A DNA stretch of 64,000 nt from Eledone cirrhosa. Lineage: Eukaryota. The first letter of the stretch is position 1. Each line of letters opens with the position of its first letter. The stretch spans positions 376,774,001 to 376,838,000 of the forward strand of contig OZ024740.1 of assembly GCA_964016885.1 (NCBI GenBank), given 5' to 3'. Shown piece by piece: positions 25,521 through 39,030 of the stretch. A model generated the notes under the pieces. The model was not told where the DNA came from. It did not search any database and saw only the letters and a program-made list of their open reading frames with translations. The translations under genes were made by a program, and so were the position numbers.

Positions 25521-26479
25521 ATACATACATACTTACATACATGTACATATTCTAAACAAAGCCGATATAGGTAGTGCTACCAATAAAGAACTAATATGAA
25601 CTTACAACCCACTTTAATTTAATATCGTTGTGGTTTTCCAAACAATTATGTTTATGATTATTATTGTTAATGAAAACACCCTCACCACCATGATGAGTTA
25701 AATCTTCCTAGTGGATTGGCCGTCAGTAAATGAGAATCTAGCATAACTGTTAGCAACTAACGTGTTTTGTACCAGATGTTTCATGACGTTGATTTCTGTG
25801 AAATTAGAATGGCTCTTGTCAAATATGGGGCAGGGTATCTATCAGAGATAACGTTGCCTGTATTTGTTGAGGGCCATGTTTATTTCAATGACTAAATATT
25901 TCATCTGATAAAATGCAAACAGTTTATAACGGATGAAATGAAATGTTATGACATTCATGACCTTAACGTAACGTAAGTAAACTAAATATTAACCATTCAA
26001 CGAAAACTGTCCATATCTTATTGTGGTAGGAGCTTATCATTTACAATCAAAATACTGTTCTTAGAAATTTATTTTTGAATAGGCACAAAGACCTCATATT
26101 TCATCGATAGCAAAATGGGAATTTATCATGCTCATGTCTCTTAGACGGACATTAATGGCGTAAGTGAATTATCGGTTACTTAACTATTGTAAGCAAATCA
26201 CCATGATTATGATAAATATTTGAAGAGGTGAAATCAATATCAGTTATATAGAGCAGGCATAGCTGTATGTCTCTGATTTCTACTTTACATGTAAAGCCAA
26301 ATAATCGACTAAAATGCAGGTTCAGCACAGAATAGCTTTAAGAATATTCATATAATACTGCATACCGATTTCTGTCTATTGAATTTTAATTCCACGTAGC
26401 CCAATGAGTGAGTGAACTGAGAAATAATATTAGTCTATACCTACAAACGTTTTAGGCATAAAGATAAAACGTCCCAAAA

Positions 26480-26823
26480 TAATTGTTTCTACTTTTAGCA
26501 CAGGGTCAGCAAATTCCCCAGTTCATTACTGGTGCTTTATTTTATTGACCCCGTGAGGATGAAAGGCAAAGTTAACCTGAGCGGGATTTGAACTCAGAAG
26601 TAAAGGGTCATAACAGTATGCTGCAAAGCATGGTGTCTGATGGTCTGCCGATTTTGCTAATCCACCGCCCTCAAAAACGTCCAAAAACAATTGTTTCTAC
26701 ATTTCGCACAAGGCCAGCAATTATCCCAGTGCATTACTGGTACTTTATTTTATCGACCCCGTAAGGATGAAAGGCAAAGTTAACCTCGGCGGGATTTGAA
26801 CTCAGATTATAAAGAGGCGTAAC
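26480..26823 (-). mobile_element. Two tandem tRNA-derived SINE copies (26480-26669 and 26688-26823)
   Basis: Both carry ggatgaaaggcaaagttaacct and gcgggatttgaactc (B-box reverse complement). Confidence 0.85.
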
Positions 26824-26909
26824 GTCCAAAAATAATATCAATTTTAATGCATTGATTCCATGCACATTCACATATAAATGATTACAATTGCGAACGCATA
26901 CGCACCACA

Positions 26910-26980
<71 letters not shown>

Positions 26981-26981
<1 letters not shown>

Positions 26982-27146
26982 GGCTGAGTACTTACCGTTT
27001 CAAAAGCTAATCCTCCTAGCTGGTGAAACGGCAAGAGCTCAGCCGTCAAGTCCCGACTCTTTATAAATTAACCATACTCCACTAACCCAAGTATCAAGTA
27101 CTGTGTTGTGTAATGGTCTAACCAGTTTTAAACTGAATCCATCCTG

Positions 27147-27148
<2 letters not shown>
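26981..27148 (+). repeat. Short element in (TA)n with a 5' fold-back and the 3' half of a hammerhead-like motif
   Basis: cggctgag..ccgtttca / tgaaacgg..ctcagccg hairpin, and GAAAcggc-loop-gccgTC. A relative lies at 31215-31352. Confidence 0.5.
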
Positions 27149-27211
<63 letters not shown>

Positions 27212-27514
27212 CATACATACAGGTACACATACATATATGCACGTATCAGTTTAGCGGACGCTTATTATAACGCCGCTTTGTTCGTTTGTAAACAAACTGA
27301 ACAGCCTGATGTTTATGCCGTACGGTGTTAAGGCAACCACGTCACCTTTTTGTTCAACACTGACACAGGAACGATGTACTAGTTTCAAGCTAGTGGTTGC
27401 CTTAACACCGTACGGCATAAAAATTCAGGCTGTTCAGTTTGTTTACAAACGAACAAAGCGGCGTTATAATAAGCGTCCGCTAAACTGATACGTGCATATA
27501 TGTATGTGTACCTG

Positions 27515-27570
<56 letters not shown>

Positions 27571-27809
27571 AGTATGTATGTATACGTACATACATATATG
27601 TATACAGACGTACAGTAGCATGCATATATATATATATATATATACATATATGCATACAGGTACACATACATATATGCACGCATCAGTTTAGCCGACGTTT
27701 ATTATAACGCCGCTTTGTTCGTTTGTTTGTCAACAAACCGAACAGCCTGAATTTATGCCATACGGTGTTAAGGCAACCACGTCACCTTTTTGTTCAACAC
27801 TGACACAGG

Positions 27810-27854
27810 AACGATGTACTAGTTTCAAGCTTGTTAGCTATCATCAGCACCGTT
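27810..27854 (-). ncRNA. Type I hammerhead ribozyme (family A)
   Basis: Reverse complement of 28275-28319. Confidence 0.8.
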
Positions 27855-28274
27855 TACCCATCTGCCAGATAGTTGAACGTTCGAAAGTATATACTTTCCT
27901 TATGAAAATTAAATGAGTTAAATCGGTCAGGCATACCGAACAAACAAACGAACAAAGCGGCGTTATAATAAACGTCGGCTAAACTGATGCGTGCATATAT
28001 GTATGTGTACCTGTATGCATATATGTATATATATATATATGCATGCTACTGTACGTCTGTATACATATATGTATGTACGTATACATACATACTTACATTT
28101 AAGTAAGTGCCATACTAAGAGTGAGAAATGTAATTTCGTTTTCATTTTTTTTCAACTTAACGTTTTCGGTATGCCTGACCGATTTAACTCACTCAATATG
28201 CAAATTAGGCTGCTCAGCCGTTAATTTTCATAAGGAAAGTATATACTTTCGAACGTTCATCTGGCAGATGGGTA

Positions 28275-28319
28275 AACGGTGCTGATGATAGCTAACAAGC
28301 TTGAAACTAGTACATCGTT
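28275..28319 (+). ncRNA. Type I hammerhead ribozyme (family A)
   Basis: aacggtg-CTGATGA-t agct aaca agct t-GAAA-ctag-TA-catcgtt: 7-bp stem I, palindromic stem III ACTAGT, GUA cleavage triplet. Confidence 0.85.
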
Positions 28320-28478
28320 CCTGTGTCAGTGTTGAACAAAAAGGTGACGTGGTTGCCTTAACACCGTATGGCATAAATTCAGGCTGTTCGGTTTGTTGAC
28401 AAACAAACGAACAAAGCGGCGTTATAATAAACGTCGGCTAAACTGATGCGTGCATATATGTATGTGTACCTGTATGCA

Positions 28479-28564
<86 letters not shown>

Positions 28565-28679
28565 TGCTACTGTACGTCTGTATACATATATGTATGTACG
28601 TATACATACATACTTACATTTAAGTAAGTGCCATACTAAGAGTGAGAAATGAAATTTCGTTTTCATTTTTTTTCAACTT

Positions 28680-28776
<97 letters not shown>

Positions 28777-28866
28777 GCATGCTACTCTACGTCTGTATAC
28801 ATATATGTATGTACGTATACACACATACTTACATATATATATATATATATATATATATTATTATAT

Positions 28867-29034
28867 ATTGAACTACTTTCTTACTTGTAATTGGATGATA
28901 TTTAATATTTAATGTTACCCACATTTTATAAATATATATATGTATGTATATATATATATATACATATATATATAAAATGTGGGTAATATTAAATATTAAA
29001 TATCATCCAATTACAAGTAAGAGAATAGCTCAAT
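28867..29034. repeat. Inverted repeat (about 65-bp arms) around (TA)n
   Basis: tcttacttgtaattggatgatatttaatatttaat...cccacattttata pairs with tataaaatgtggg...ccaattacaagtaaga. Confidence 0.75.
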
Positions 29035-31005
29035 GTAAAATACTAAATATATACTTAATAGATATATATATATTATTTGTTTTTCAATGAATATATGCAT
29101 TAATATTAGTATTCATAGATGCATAGACACGTGTATGTGAACACGCACAGATATGCCTAAATATATGCAGACAAGAGTGAATAATATATATCCAATTACA
29201 TAAACATATATATATATATATACAAACTTATATTAATTCACAACTACAGTCGAACAGTCATCAGCATCATTAACACTTGTATGTGTCTGCCCCCCCTCTC
29301 TATTTCTCTTTCTCTTATCTCTATTTCTCCCTTTTTACACACACACACACACACATGCCCATATATATATATATATGTGTGTGTGTGTGTATGTGTGTGT
29401 GTGTGTATGTTTGTGTGTGTATGTGTCTGTGTGTCAAAGAAAAAGAAATAATTATAGTGACGTTAAAATGAATAGAGAATCAGAGAGAGGGACTGTGGGG
29501 AAATTGAAGCTGTAAAGTACTGCGTGCAGAAAACAAGAAGAAGGAAACAAGGAACATGTCACTATCTTCTAGCCATCGCTGGACATCATTGCAGTTTCGT
29601 GCGATTACGTGTAGTCTTTGTTAACCCAAGTTGTCGGGAGGCACGAAGAGCAAACACACATAGATGCTGCAGTTGGTTGAAAATCGAAAGCTATAGAGAG
29701 ACCTCGATCTTAGGTAAAGAGTTAAAAAGCGACTTTATGCAGAATTTAGTTCAATTGTGGAGTGTAAGCTAATTATCAGAAATATATAACAAATATTCCT
29801 CCATACCTGGAGGTTACACTACATTAATATCTGAGACTCTAAACGAGAATGAAAATAACTGTTATCCAGTGAATTATACCTTTAATAAAACACCAGACAA
29901 AGTTTGGTGGAGATTTTATTTGTCTCATAGGATATGTAAATTTGACACAAGAAGTCTAATCGAATATTTATGAATGTGTTCATAGCATTATTTTAACGTT
30001 GTGTGATGGTATTCTGTTAAATATATAGGTCAAATTGATTAGATGTGTGTATTTGTGTAAGAGAGGTACGTTTTGTGGCTTAAGCAAGTTAAATTTGAAT
30101 TCATTTATGAGCAGTGAGTTTTATGAGTATATATAATTTCGTGTTAATAATTATTATATTTATAATTTTGAGGTTAGAAGCTTATTACAATATAATATGT
30201 ATGACGTATATACTGGGATGTTGTAATTCCACATGAGAGTGTTTGATACATGGTACAAATGTATCTGTGTAAAAAGAGTGTTTGTTAGTTATTAGTATCT
30301 ACGGGCAGGTATTTGTGGTGTCTATTGATAGACACTTTGCCGATCCATCTACAATTATCAAATATTTAATTGATAATATAAGCAGAAATATCTTCAGTTT
30401 ATACTCCCTAACGAGATCTTGGATTCGGTAGCCAATAATGCAATAGTTCCTTTTTCTAATAGCTTCTTTAAAGATATTTTGTACACAAACAAACACTGAA
30501 CCTTATTCCCCAAAGAGAATGATTATATTATTCGTTACTCATCATAACAATACAAAGTCAAGTATATATCCTGCAATCTAGAAATATATTATCAATAAGA
30601 AAGGTGCAGATGCCTCAAAAGACAGGAGTGGTGGTAGCAAATATCGATTGTGCTATACCAATGTGAAACATATCACTCATATCATCACAACAGTGCTCCA
30701 AATTGTTTGCAGCGTACCAACAACTTATGAGATACGACATAGTTGTGAAAATTATTTCCAATGAAAGAAGGATTGCCATGGCAGTCGATCAAAATAGCAC
30801 TCCAAATCCACCATGCACCCACAACTATATCTTTGAGGAATAACTATGGAAAATTCCAATCAAAACAGCCATCCGAGTCAACTCGGACATATTTGATATA
30901 GTTCTATGGGACAGTTTACACATGCCATGCACTGTTTTATATATATATATGTGTGTGTGTATGTGTGTGTGTGTGTATGTGTGTGTGGTGTGTGTGTGTG
31001 TGTGT

Positions 31006-31061
<56 letters not shown>

Positions 31062-31214
31062 TACCTAATTTCTTGTGTACACTGTGACGAGGAATTTATT
31101 ATCACTCTATCATCGAGTGATTTATGACACCCTTCGAAAATCGGATGCGAATCTGCTACTTGCTGCTGCAACTTCGATTATACTCATTACTATTATGTAT
31201 GTGTATATATATAC

Positions 31215-31352
31215 TAGTCCAGAATTAGCCGTCGAAACGGCTTGAGCTCAGCCGTCGGGGTCCTACTCGTTCCTATTACCCACTCTACTACCCTAAGTAT
31301 TGAGTACTTTGGTGCGTTATGGTCCACCTGGTTCCTTACCACATTTCTTCCG
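31215..31352 (+). repeat. Relative of 26981-27148, flanked by (TA)n
   Basis: Shares gaaacggc..gagctcagccgtc and aagtat.gagtact. Confidence 0.5.
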
Positions 31353-31435
<83 letters not shown>

Positions 31436-33164
31436 TAGATATATATAATCTTCGGTTCAGTTTCCACTGAAAAAGCCTTTATGAAATCTTTTTCTTTTGC
31501 TTTCCGTGAACGAACATCTACCTTCATTTAGAAAATAGGAAGTACTAATGAAACTCAGATCAACTCATATGTCAGGCTATTCACTACGTGACAAACTTCT
31601 AAAAGTTGACTTCCTTATTTTTTGTTTGTGTACTGTGTTCATTAGCTTTTGTTCATGTATGACTGATGTGATTTAATTTGCATTGCAGAAATAAATTGAT
31701 GTTTGTTTTTAATTTTCATGTCCACCAAATATTTAAACACATTTCCCATTTTGAAGGATATCATTCCCCTTGTTCAATAAAGACACACGTCCTTCAAGAA
31801 GGGTTTTCACCTTTTGTATTCCTGAAAAACCTTTGTTGTAGATAACACAAGAAAATGAGTGAAGACGCGAAATTAAAAGGAATATTAGCTTCGAGAATCT
31901 TGTTTGCTACAATAATTTTGAAATAATTACAGAAAATAAGTAATATAAACTAAAGATACAACAGCAAGACCCTCTGGGAAAATGTGCAGACTGATAAAAA
32001 CAGAAGAAATTTTAAGTTGTTCTGAAATTGTGTAAGATCTCGATCGAAATGTAACCAAAGAACTATGACAACTAATATCCGTCCACAAGTAGACGGAGTC
32101 AAGAATAGACAGAAAGTCAATAATTTATACCCGGGAAAACTCAACTAAAACAAATGGCAATTTATCCGTAAACCATTTATGAACGATATCAATAGAACAA
32201 ACCAAAATAGATCATCGAGATAGCATAAATGTATGAGAAACAAACTAACAATCCAAAGGAAAAAGTATAATAATTCTATCACGAACACCAACTGCAACCC
32301 ATCTTTTTAGAAATATATATTTTTAAAACTATATTTTCTTATAACCTTTAAACTTTTTCTTAATTTTTAAATATTGTAACAGTATCAAACATTTGCTTCA
32401 TTTCCTCGACGGCTGAGTAAAAGGAAATTTGGTAGAGATAGAGATATAGATATAGATCGATAGAGAGAGAGAAAGAGAAAGAGAGAGAAAGATTGGCAGT
32501 TACCATACGAGTTAAACAAGTAAGACCATGTTGAACTAAGTACTCGATACTTTAGAAAGTATTTGTATGTGAAGTGAAAAATGATTATCCGAGGCCTGAG
32601 CTCACGCCATTTCCACGGAGAGTGGATATCTAATCACTGTTGAAACGGTTATTTCCACATTCATAAGAAATAAACTTAATCATCAGCATACAGAAGTTCC
32701 CATAGAAAGCCAGTCTTAAACTACTCTAATATGGAATATGGAACAATGTGGACTGACAAATGAGCCTAGGTAGACGCCCACGTGACTTCAAATTCATAAC
32801 TGCACTCATTGCCAACTCTCATCACGCTGGTCGAACCTCTATATATGACTTATATGGCTCACATTAGTGCGCAGTAGATTACAGAGAGGGAGATTATGTC
32901 AAAGAACTTCTCTAGATCTCAAAACGTCTGGTACAGAAGGGTACGTATAGTTAAATATTACACCTACAGTTAGCCCACAAGAAATAGAGCATCGGTAATA
33001 CCTCTATGTTGCATAAGTTCGAACTGTATCTCATCTAGCTAGGTTCTGCCCCTAATTATTGGTGTTATAAACCTCTCAGTAACGTTTATGTCCTGGTTCA
33101 ACCACGGGATGTTTTTCAGTTCCCTCGCTCTGATACGTCTCCCTTTCGCTTGTTGTAGCTTACA

Positions 33165-33270
33165 ATAACTGTTTCTACTTTTGGCACAATACCAGCAATT
33201 ATCCCAGTGTATTACTGTTAATTTATTTTATCGATCCGGTAAGGATGAAAGGCAAAGTTAACCTTGGCGA
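33165..33270 (-). mobile_element. tRNA-derived SINE, 3' part
   Basis: Same body as the other copies. Confidence 0.75.
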
Positions 33271-33308
33271 CGGCAGGCATTGGATATCACACGATCCGCT
33301 ACTACTTC

Positions 33309-33352
<44 letters not shown>

Positions 33353-33426
33353 GAAGACTCAAAGAAAAAAATTCGTAACATACGCAAACACACGTATTTG
33401 TATGCATGCAAAGTCGTGTTTGTCTC

Positions 33427-33485
<59 letters not shown>

Positions 33486-33487
<2 letters not shown>

Positions 33488-34082
33488 TTTGATTAATTTT
33501 GATTTATTTTGAAAAATTGATTGAATTTTTACTTGTTCTGCTTATCTTGATATTATGTTCTGGTATATCAAATTATTACCATAGAACCACCTTAAATCAT
33601 AGACACACTATATATTTCCGGGGGTACATTGTACCCTCAGATATATATTAACCTTTTTCAATAATCTCCATATGTAGAGATGCAAGTTTTGTCGTTATAT
33701 TTAGTTACTAAAAATCTTTTTTTTAGTGGCGAGCTATAGACGGCGAGTCTACGATTTCCCGCCTTCACTATACACCAATGTATTTACGGGTCACTTTCAC
33801 GACCTTTTAGACCTGTATTAGTTGGAGTGAGGTCATATATTTTGTCGTTCCTGGGGTTTTTAACCCTAGGACAGGAAAATGCTTCTCTGATGATCGTTGC
33901 TTTTCCATTAATATCCTGGTGATATTTAATGTTTTGCACCGTGAAACTGTACAGTTAGGGCCATTAGAATAGGTAAATATTTATATTATATTTTTTTATT
34001 TTGATTAATTTTGATTGTATATTAATTTTGATTTATTTTGAAAAATTGATTGAATTTTTACTTGTTCTGCTTATCTTGATAT
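33486..34082 (+). mobile_element. Hammerhead-bearing element with about 60-bp direct terminal redundancy (period 529 bp) between (TA)n tracts
   Basis: attaattttgatttattttgaaaaattgattg occurs at 33492 and 34021. The flanks 33347-33397 and 34098-34145 are mutually inverted. Confidence 0.7.
33883..33960 (+). ncRNA. Type I hammerhead ribozyme (family B)
   Basis: ttct-CTGATGA-tcgttgc..cattaatatc/gatatttaatg..gcaccgt-GAAA-ctgtacag-TT-aggg. Stem III palindrome ACTGTACAGT; stem I is wobble-rich. Confidence 0.7.
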
Positions 34083-36954
34083 ATATATATATATATACGT
34101 GTGTTTGCGTATATTAAGAATTTTTTTCTTTGAGTCTTCCATTTTAACTGCTTCGGCTTCGCCAACATCATGTACATCAAGAAGTACGTTAAGCACTCCA
34201 GAATGCAACATTCCATTCCCCCACCACGTTCAATGTTTCGTTTCCTATACAATCACGTTTCAGAAACATATATTTTGTTTCTCACATAACCATAATTGTT
34301 TTCCAGTCATATATTTTACATGTCTACCATAGCAGGTTCGCTACTTTGTTTAGATTAATATAAATAGTAATAAATTGAGTGTCTGGTAATACAAGATACG
34401 ATTAACAGGCCATTGAACAGAAGGGTTTTCGAATTTATATTGTTAATAAATTGACGCCATTCCTAGAATCACACACATCCCTACACAGATTGCTACACAG
34501 AACGGCTTAACAAATATCACATGCCTAAAACAAAGAATTATGCATTTACATTCGCCAGCCGCTAAATGAGGAAAACTAACATGAAGGGGAAATTCTAGCA
34601 CACTTGTCCTCAATTCTTATACAAAGCATATATCGCAATAAACAGAATTCTTATTCACAGTATTCAAATTTTGAAGAAACATTATCTTTGTGAATTCGGG
34701 ACCCCAATATTCGAATATACAGTAATCGGTAGCTGTGCACATTGTATGTTTGTCTATTTTCTGATATAACGTGACCTTAAAAACAGCTCAAGCAATAACA
34801 ACGGTGAAAGATAGCATCAAAGATGAATTCATCTTTACTTTGATTATAGATGTTATCAGTAGAATATTTCAGCTTAAATATCTATCAACTGCGAATTTAT
34901 TAGATCAGGCTAGACATGACTAGACGGATGCTGTTTTCTGTAAGACAACGAAAACGAAATTAATACTGATGTTGAAGTCAATTACGTGAATATTACTTCA
35001 TAGATCAATGAAAAATGGATAGTTGATGCTGAATTAGCACCAGTAAGTCTTGATTTTAATTGGAAACATATTCCTATAATCATAGTTTTATGGAGCTATG
35101 CTACAAAATCTTTACGTTTGGCTACGTTAAAATTCCACAGAATACTAGCGCAGTGTTTTTTTTTTGGGGGGGGGGGTCGAGGATGGGTTAATTTATATCG
35201 TTGATAATGCACATTTTAGTAGAAGATAGCAGTTCCAGTCACATCTAGATCTCGGCATATACTTTTTATCTGTGTTCATATATTCAAAACTATAACAAAT
35301 AAAACAAGATCATTTAAACGATATTTGGATTTTGAGCTGAGTCTTCATTTTGAGAGTAGGTTCAATTATTGTTGTTCCTTAATGTTTACTTTCTTCATCT
35401 GTTAACGTCTTTATAGTGTGCTAGTGGAAGTGTAGTTGGTTATCATGATAGCAGTTGCCATATATTCCAATGATTCACTACCAATGTTCTGACTTACTAC
35501 ATGCGTTCTCCTTACTAATATTATTGCTTTCTTCGCTTAGCACCAGCTCAAATCTAATTGAGCAAGGAATTCTAAATTATTTTCGAAAATTTGAACACAT
35601 TGGAAATTTCTCTTTTATTTCAACTTCTGTTCACTAGAATGTTTCTCCAAGAGAATACTGAAAGGTTCTTGGTTAAACTACTCCTCAATTTCAGATTCAG
35701 CAACCACTCGATTATTTCAAGAACTGTTGAAAGCTTTGGAGAGCCGAGATATTTTCGTATTAGAATAATTTTTTAACATCTCACATGTCGTTGTCATTCA
35801 TTTTCTGCTTGAATCCAGCTTCAATGATTATTCAAGTCTACCTTGCTCTCATGTCAAACGAAGGTGTTCTACTTTTGGATTTGTATGATTAAGATTTATT
35901 TGTTGCTGTTGTGGTTGTTAGGAACGGTAAAGAGGAGTTGAAAAACTGCTGGTGAATGGGATTGTATTCCCTACTCTTCTTATCGCTGTTATTCTTGCTG
36001 CAGCTGCTGTTGAAATATAATTCTATGGAATAGTAAAAGATAAAATATTGGCGCCTGACAGCTTCAACAAGTTGTAGAAAATGTTTTTATGTTTCAAGTG
36101 TAATGAAGCGGAATGAATTTTTATTTCACGCTTCAAAACCGCAGCCCATTCTAATATTTCTGTATTTCAATACTAGCTATTTCTATACTAGCTATTTACA
36201 TGCTAGCTATTTCCATACTAGCTATTTCATTTATTCCTTTCATCATAATTTTTCTGTGTGGCATTTAGTAATATCAAAATCATGCCAAAGTTACTCTTGC
36301 TGTCATTTGGTCCCATGTCAGGCCATAGCGAGCAAACCTATAATCAATGATGCTCCAGCCGGGACCAATGGATTTTTTTTTAATCTTCGACTACATTCGA
36401 TTATATCCTTTGTTTTATGAAAACGGCAGATTGCGATTTCAGATAATTTAGCTCCTATTTCTGTCATGCGGAGCAACTGCCTTGGAGTATATTGATAGCC
36501 GTTGCCTGATTCGACGTGCTTATCTATGTGAGGCTGGTATTTATCAGATATTTCGGTCGTCTTGAAACTGAAGTTTTATTGTTGTGTCTATTATCGGTGT
36601 CGATGTCGTTATCGTCGTCGTATCCTTAGTACTGTTTCTGTTGTGTGATGAATTGCTTAGAAAATAATTAAAGATTCTTGAACAAGTTCGATTGCATTTA
36701 AAGAGCGTTCAATATAATAAACAAAAAAATCGATGTGTAGCCATTTGCAATTTGTCAGTGGAAAACTAATGGAACAGACACATTCGGACTACATCATTCT
36801 AATTCATGTGATTGCTGAAACACCAGCAAAGACTTTCCAGACTGATAATGAAATAAAAGAAATATCACGTGGATACTACTGCCAAATAATATCCTCTCTT
36901 ACTATTGCTGTGTTGCCGGATTGAATTTTTAGCTTCTAGTTAATGTGATATATA

Positions 36955-37270
36955 TGTGTGTGTATGTGTGTCTGTGTGTTTGTGTGTATGTGTGTGTGCG
37001 TATGTGTGTGTGTGTATGTGTGTGTATTTGTGTGTGTATGTGTGTGCGTGTACGTGTGCGTGTGTGTGCGCGTGTATGTGTGCGTGTGCGTGTGTATGTG
37101 CGTGTGTGTGTATGTGTGCGTGTGTGTGTGTGGGTGGGTGTCGGCGTGTCTCAGTGTGCGTGTGTGCATGTATGTATATATATATATATATATATGGAGA
37201 GAGAGAGAGAGAGTCAGACAGACTGGCCGACACACATACAAACAGACAGACAGATAGATAGATAGATAGA
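36955..37270. repeat. Compound (TG)/(TA)/(GA)/(GATA) microsatellite
   Basis: Read directly. Confidence 0.9.
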
Positions 37271-37649
37271 AGGACTAATGGGAAGATTTATATTTTCTTA
37301 TTCAATGATTTCGATGAAACACAGTTGATCTGATCGAGCCGACGTATCACGTCGTCTCAGACGAATTTATTGTTTTCATACTCTTTCCATCTTTTTCATT
37401 GTCTTTACTCTCTGAATTATCTGCCTTTCTATCTTTCTTTTTTCTGTTTAATGATACTAATTAGAAATATTGTCACATTATTTGATCCAGGCATTATTCT
37501 TCTGTAATTACAACGATCACACATTATTCTAAAAGAATGTTTACAGTGTTTGCTGCCAATTGTTCCAGTTCTCTGGGCAGAAATTTGACATTTGACAGAG
37601 GAAGTAGTCAGAGACACTTTTTATTACAATATTAGAATATATAAAGGGG

Positions 37650-37787
37650 ATAGATTAGCAGAATTGGTTGAGCGTCGAATAAAATGACATTGTGGCATTT
37701 GATTTGATTTTATACATTCTACGTTCAAACCATACCCAGGTCAACTTTGCCTTTCATCCTTCCGATACCGATGAATTAAGTACGAGT
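37650..37787 (+). mobile_element. Diverged tRNA-derived SINE
   Basis: gattagcagaattggt...gttcaaa...caactttgcctttcatcctt. Confidence 0.6.
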
Positions 37788-37805
37788 TAAGCCTATATAT
37801 ATACG

Positions 37806-37875
<70 letters not shown>

Positions 37876-38009
37876 GTATATGCGCGTGCGTATGTGAGTG
37901 TGAGTACATATGTAATCATATATATATATTTATATACACATGTATGTATAAATATAAATGCATACATGCAATCACACATGTGTATATTTATATCTATCTA
38001 TCCATATGC

Positions 38010-38042
<33 letters not shown>

Positions 38043-38496
38043 TATACAGTGGCGGACTGGCAAGTGGGCTCTGGGGTCCACGGTTGAATGCAGGGACCCA
38101 CAGTAGCATTGCAGGGCCCACTGTAGTATTTTAGGGGCCAATGCTTTGCCTTCAAAAAATACCTGAAGTCTAAGAGAAAGAATAAAGTTTCTTTTAAAAT
38201 AAATAAAACAATCAAGGAAATCATTTGGTCAACCAATTCCGCAGGGAATTAATAGAAACCAAAGTGTAAGATAGTGCAAGTAGCTAGAATCAGTGGTTGT
38301 ACATTCTAATAAATCTAAAGCTTAGTGTATTCATGCAAACATAGATACATAGACACACACACGCATATATATATAAATATATGTGTGTGTATATGTGTAT
38401 ATGTATATATATACACACCACCTTCACCACTAATTGATTTGACAGATGTATTTAACCTATTGATACCAAACATTATTTGGTCATGTGTATGTGGAA

Positions 38497-38550
<54 letters not shown>

Positions 38551-38658
38551 GTTTGGAGTTAGAAGGCCAGAACAATGCAGGTATGGATATAGAATAGAAA
38601 TACAAAAGCAAAAGATATTGTTGACAATTAGTCTTTTACCTTAAATTTATTTGAATAT

Positions 38659-38693
38659 CCTTAATTTTCGAGATAATATCTCTTCTTCGGAGG
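38659..38693 (-). ncRNA. Minimal hammerhead-like motif with a U4C core change
   Basis: cct-CCGAAGA-a gagat att atctc-GAAA-at-TA-agg, inside a 300-bp segment between (TA)n tracts. Confidence 0.4.
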
Positions 38694-38942
38694 GAAGTAA
38701 AGGGGTTAATCCAGTGTTCTAATTAGCTTGCCAAGTTATGATGATAATTTCTGATGAAGCTCTTCTATATTAAAATGTTTATACTCTGCTAAATGTATTG
38801 AGTACCTTATTTACTGTGGTTCACTCCGATTCAACCCGAAATAACTTATATATATATATATATATATATACATTATGAAGAGAGAAGAAACATTTAGATA
38901 TAATTAGTAATAAAATGTATCATACCTAAACTGCTCCTAAAT

Positions 38943-39030
38943 TCCTCGACTACGTAGTTTCGTGGCATAAACAAAAACAATATATCAAAGATATAGAGTC
39001 CTTGCGAGGTCTGCCCACTTATCAAGAGGA
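38943..39030 (-). ncRNA. Type I hammerhead, U3:A8 core variant (family C)
   Basis: Reverse complement of 40136-40223. Confidence 0.72.

Larger units (their letters stand above)
27215..28680. mobile_element. Hammerhead-bearing non-coding repeat (about 460-500 bp unit) in tandem and inverted arrangement
   Basis: The block aaacaaacgaacaaagcggcg recurs at about 27940 and 28401. Orientation switches at about 27392, 27520-27567 and 27940. Confidence 0.8.

Noticed and set aside
29480-29990. Possible host first exon or promoter
   Set aside because: There are only short ORFs and a weak donor, with no supportable gene model.
32640-32690. Minus-strand CTGATGA...GAAA
   Set aside because: No credible stem II or stem III.
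35340-35900. LRR-like peptide FLAQLDLSWC on the minus strand
   Set aside because: It is a single short motif amid many stops, which is insufficient evidence.
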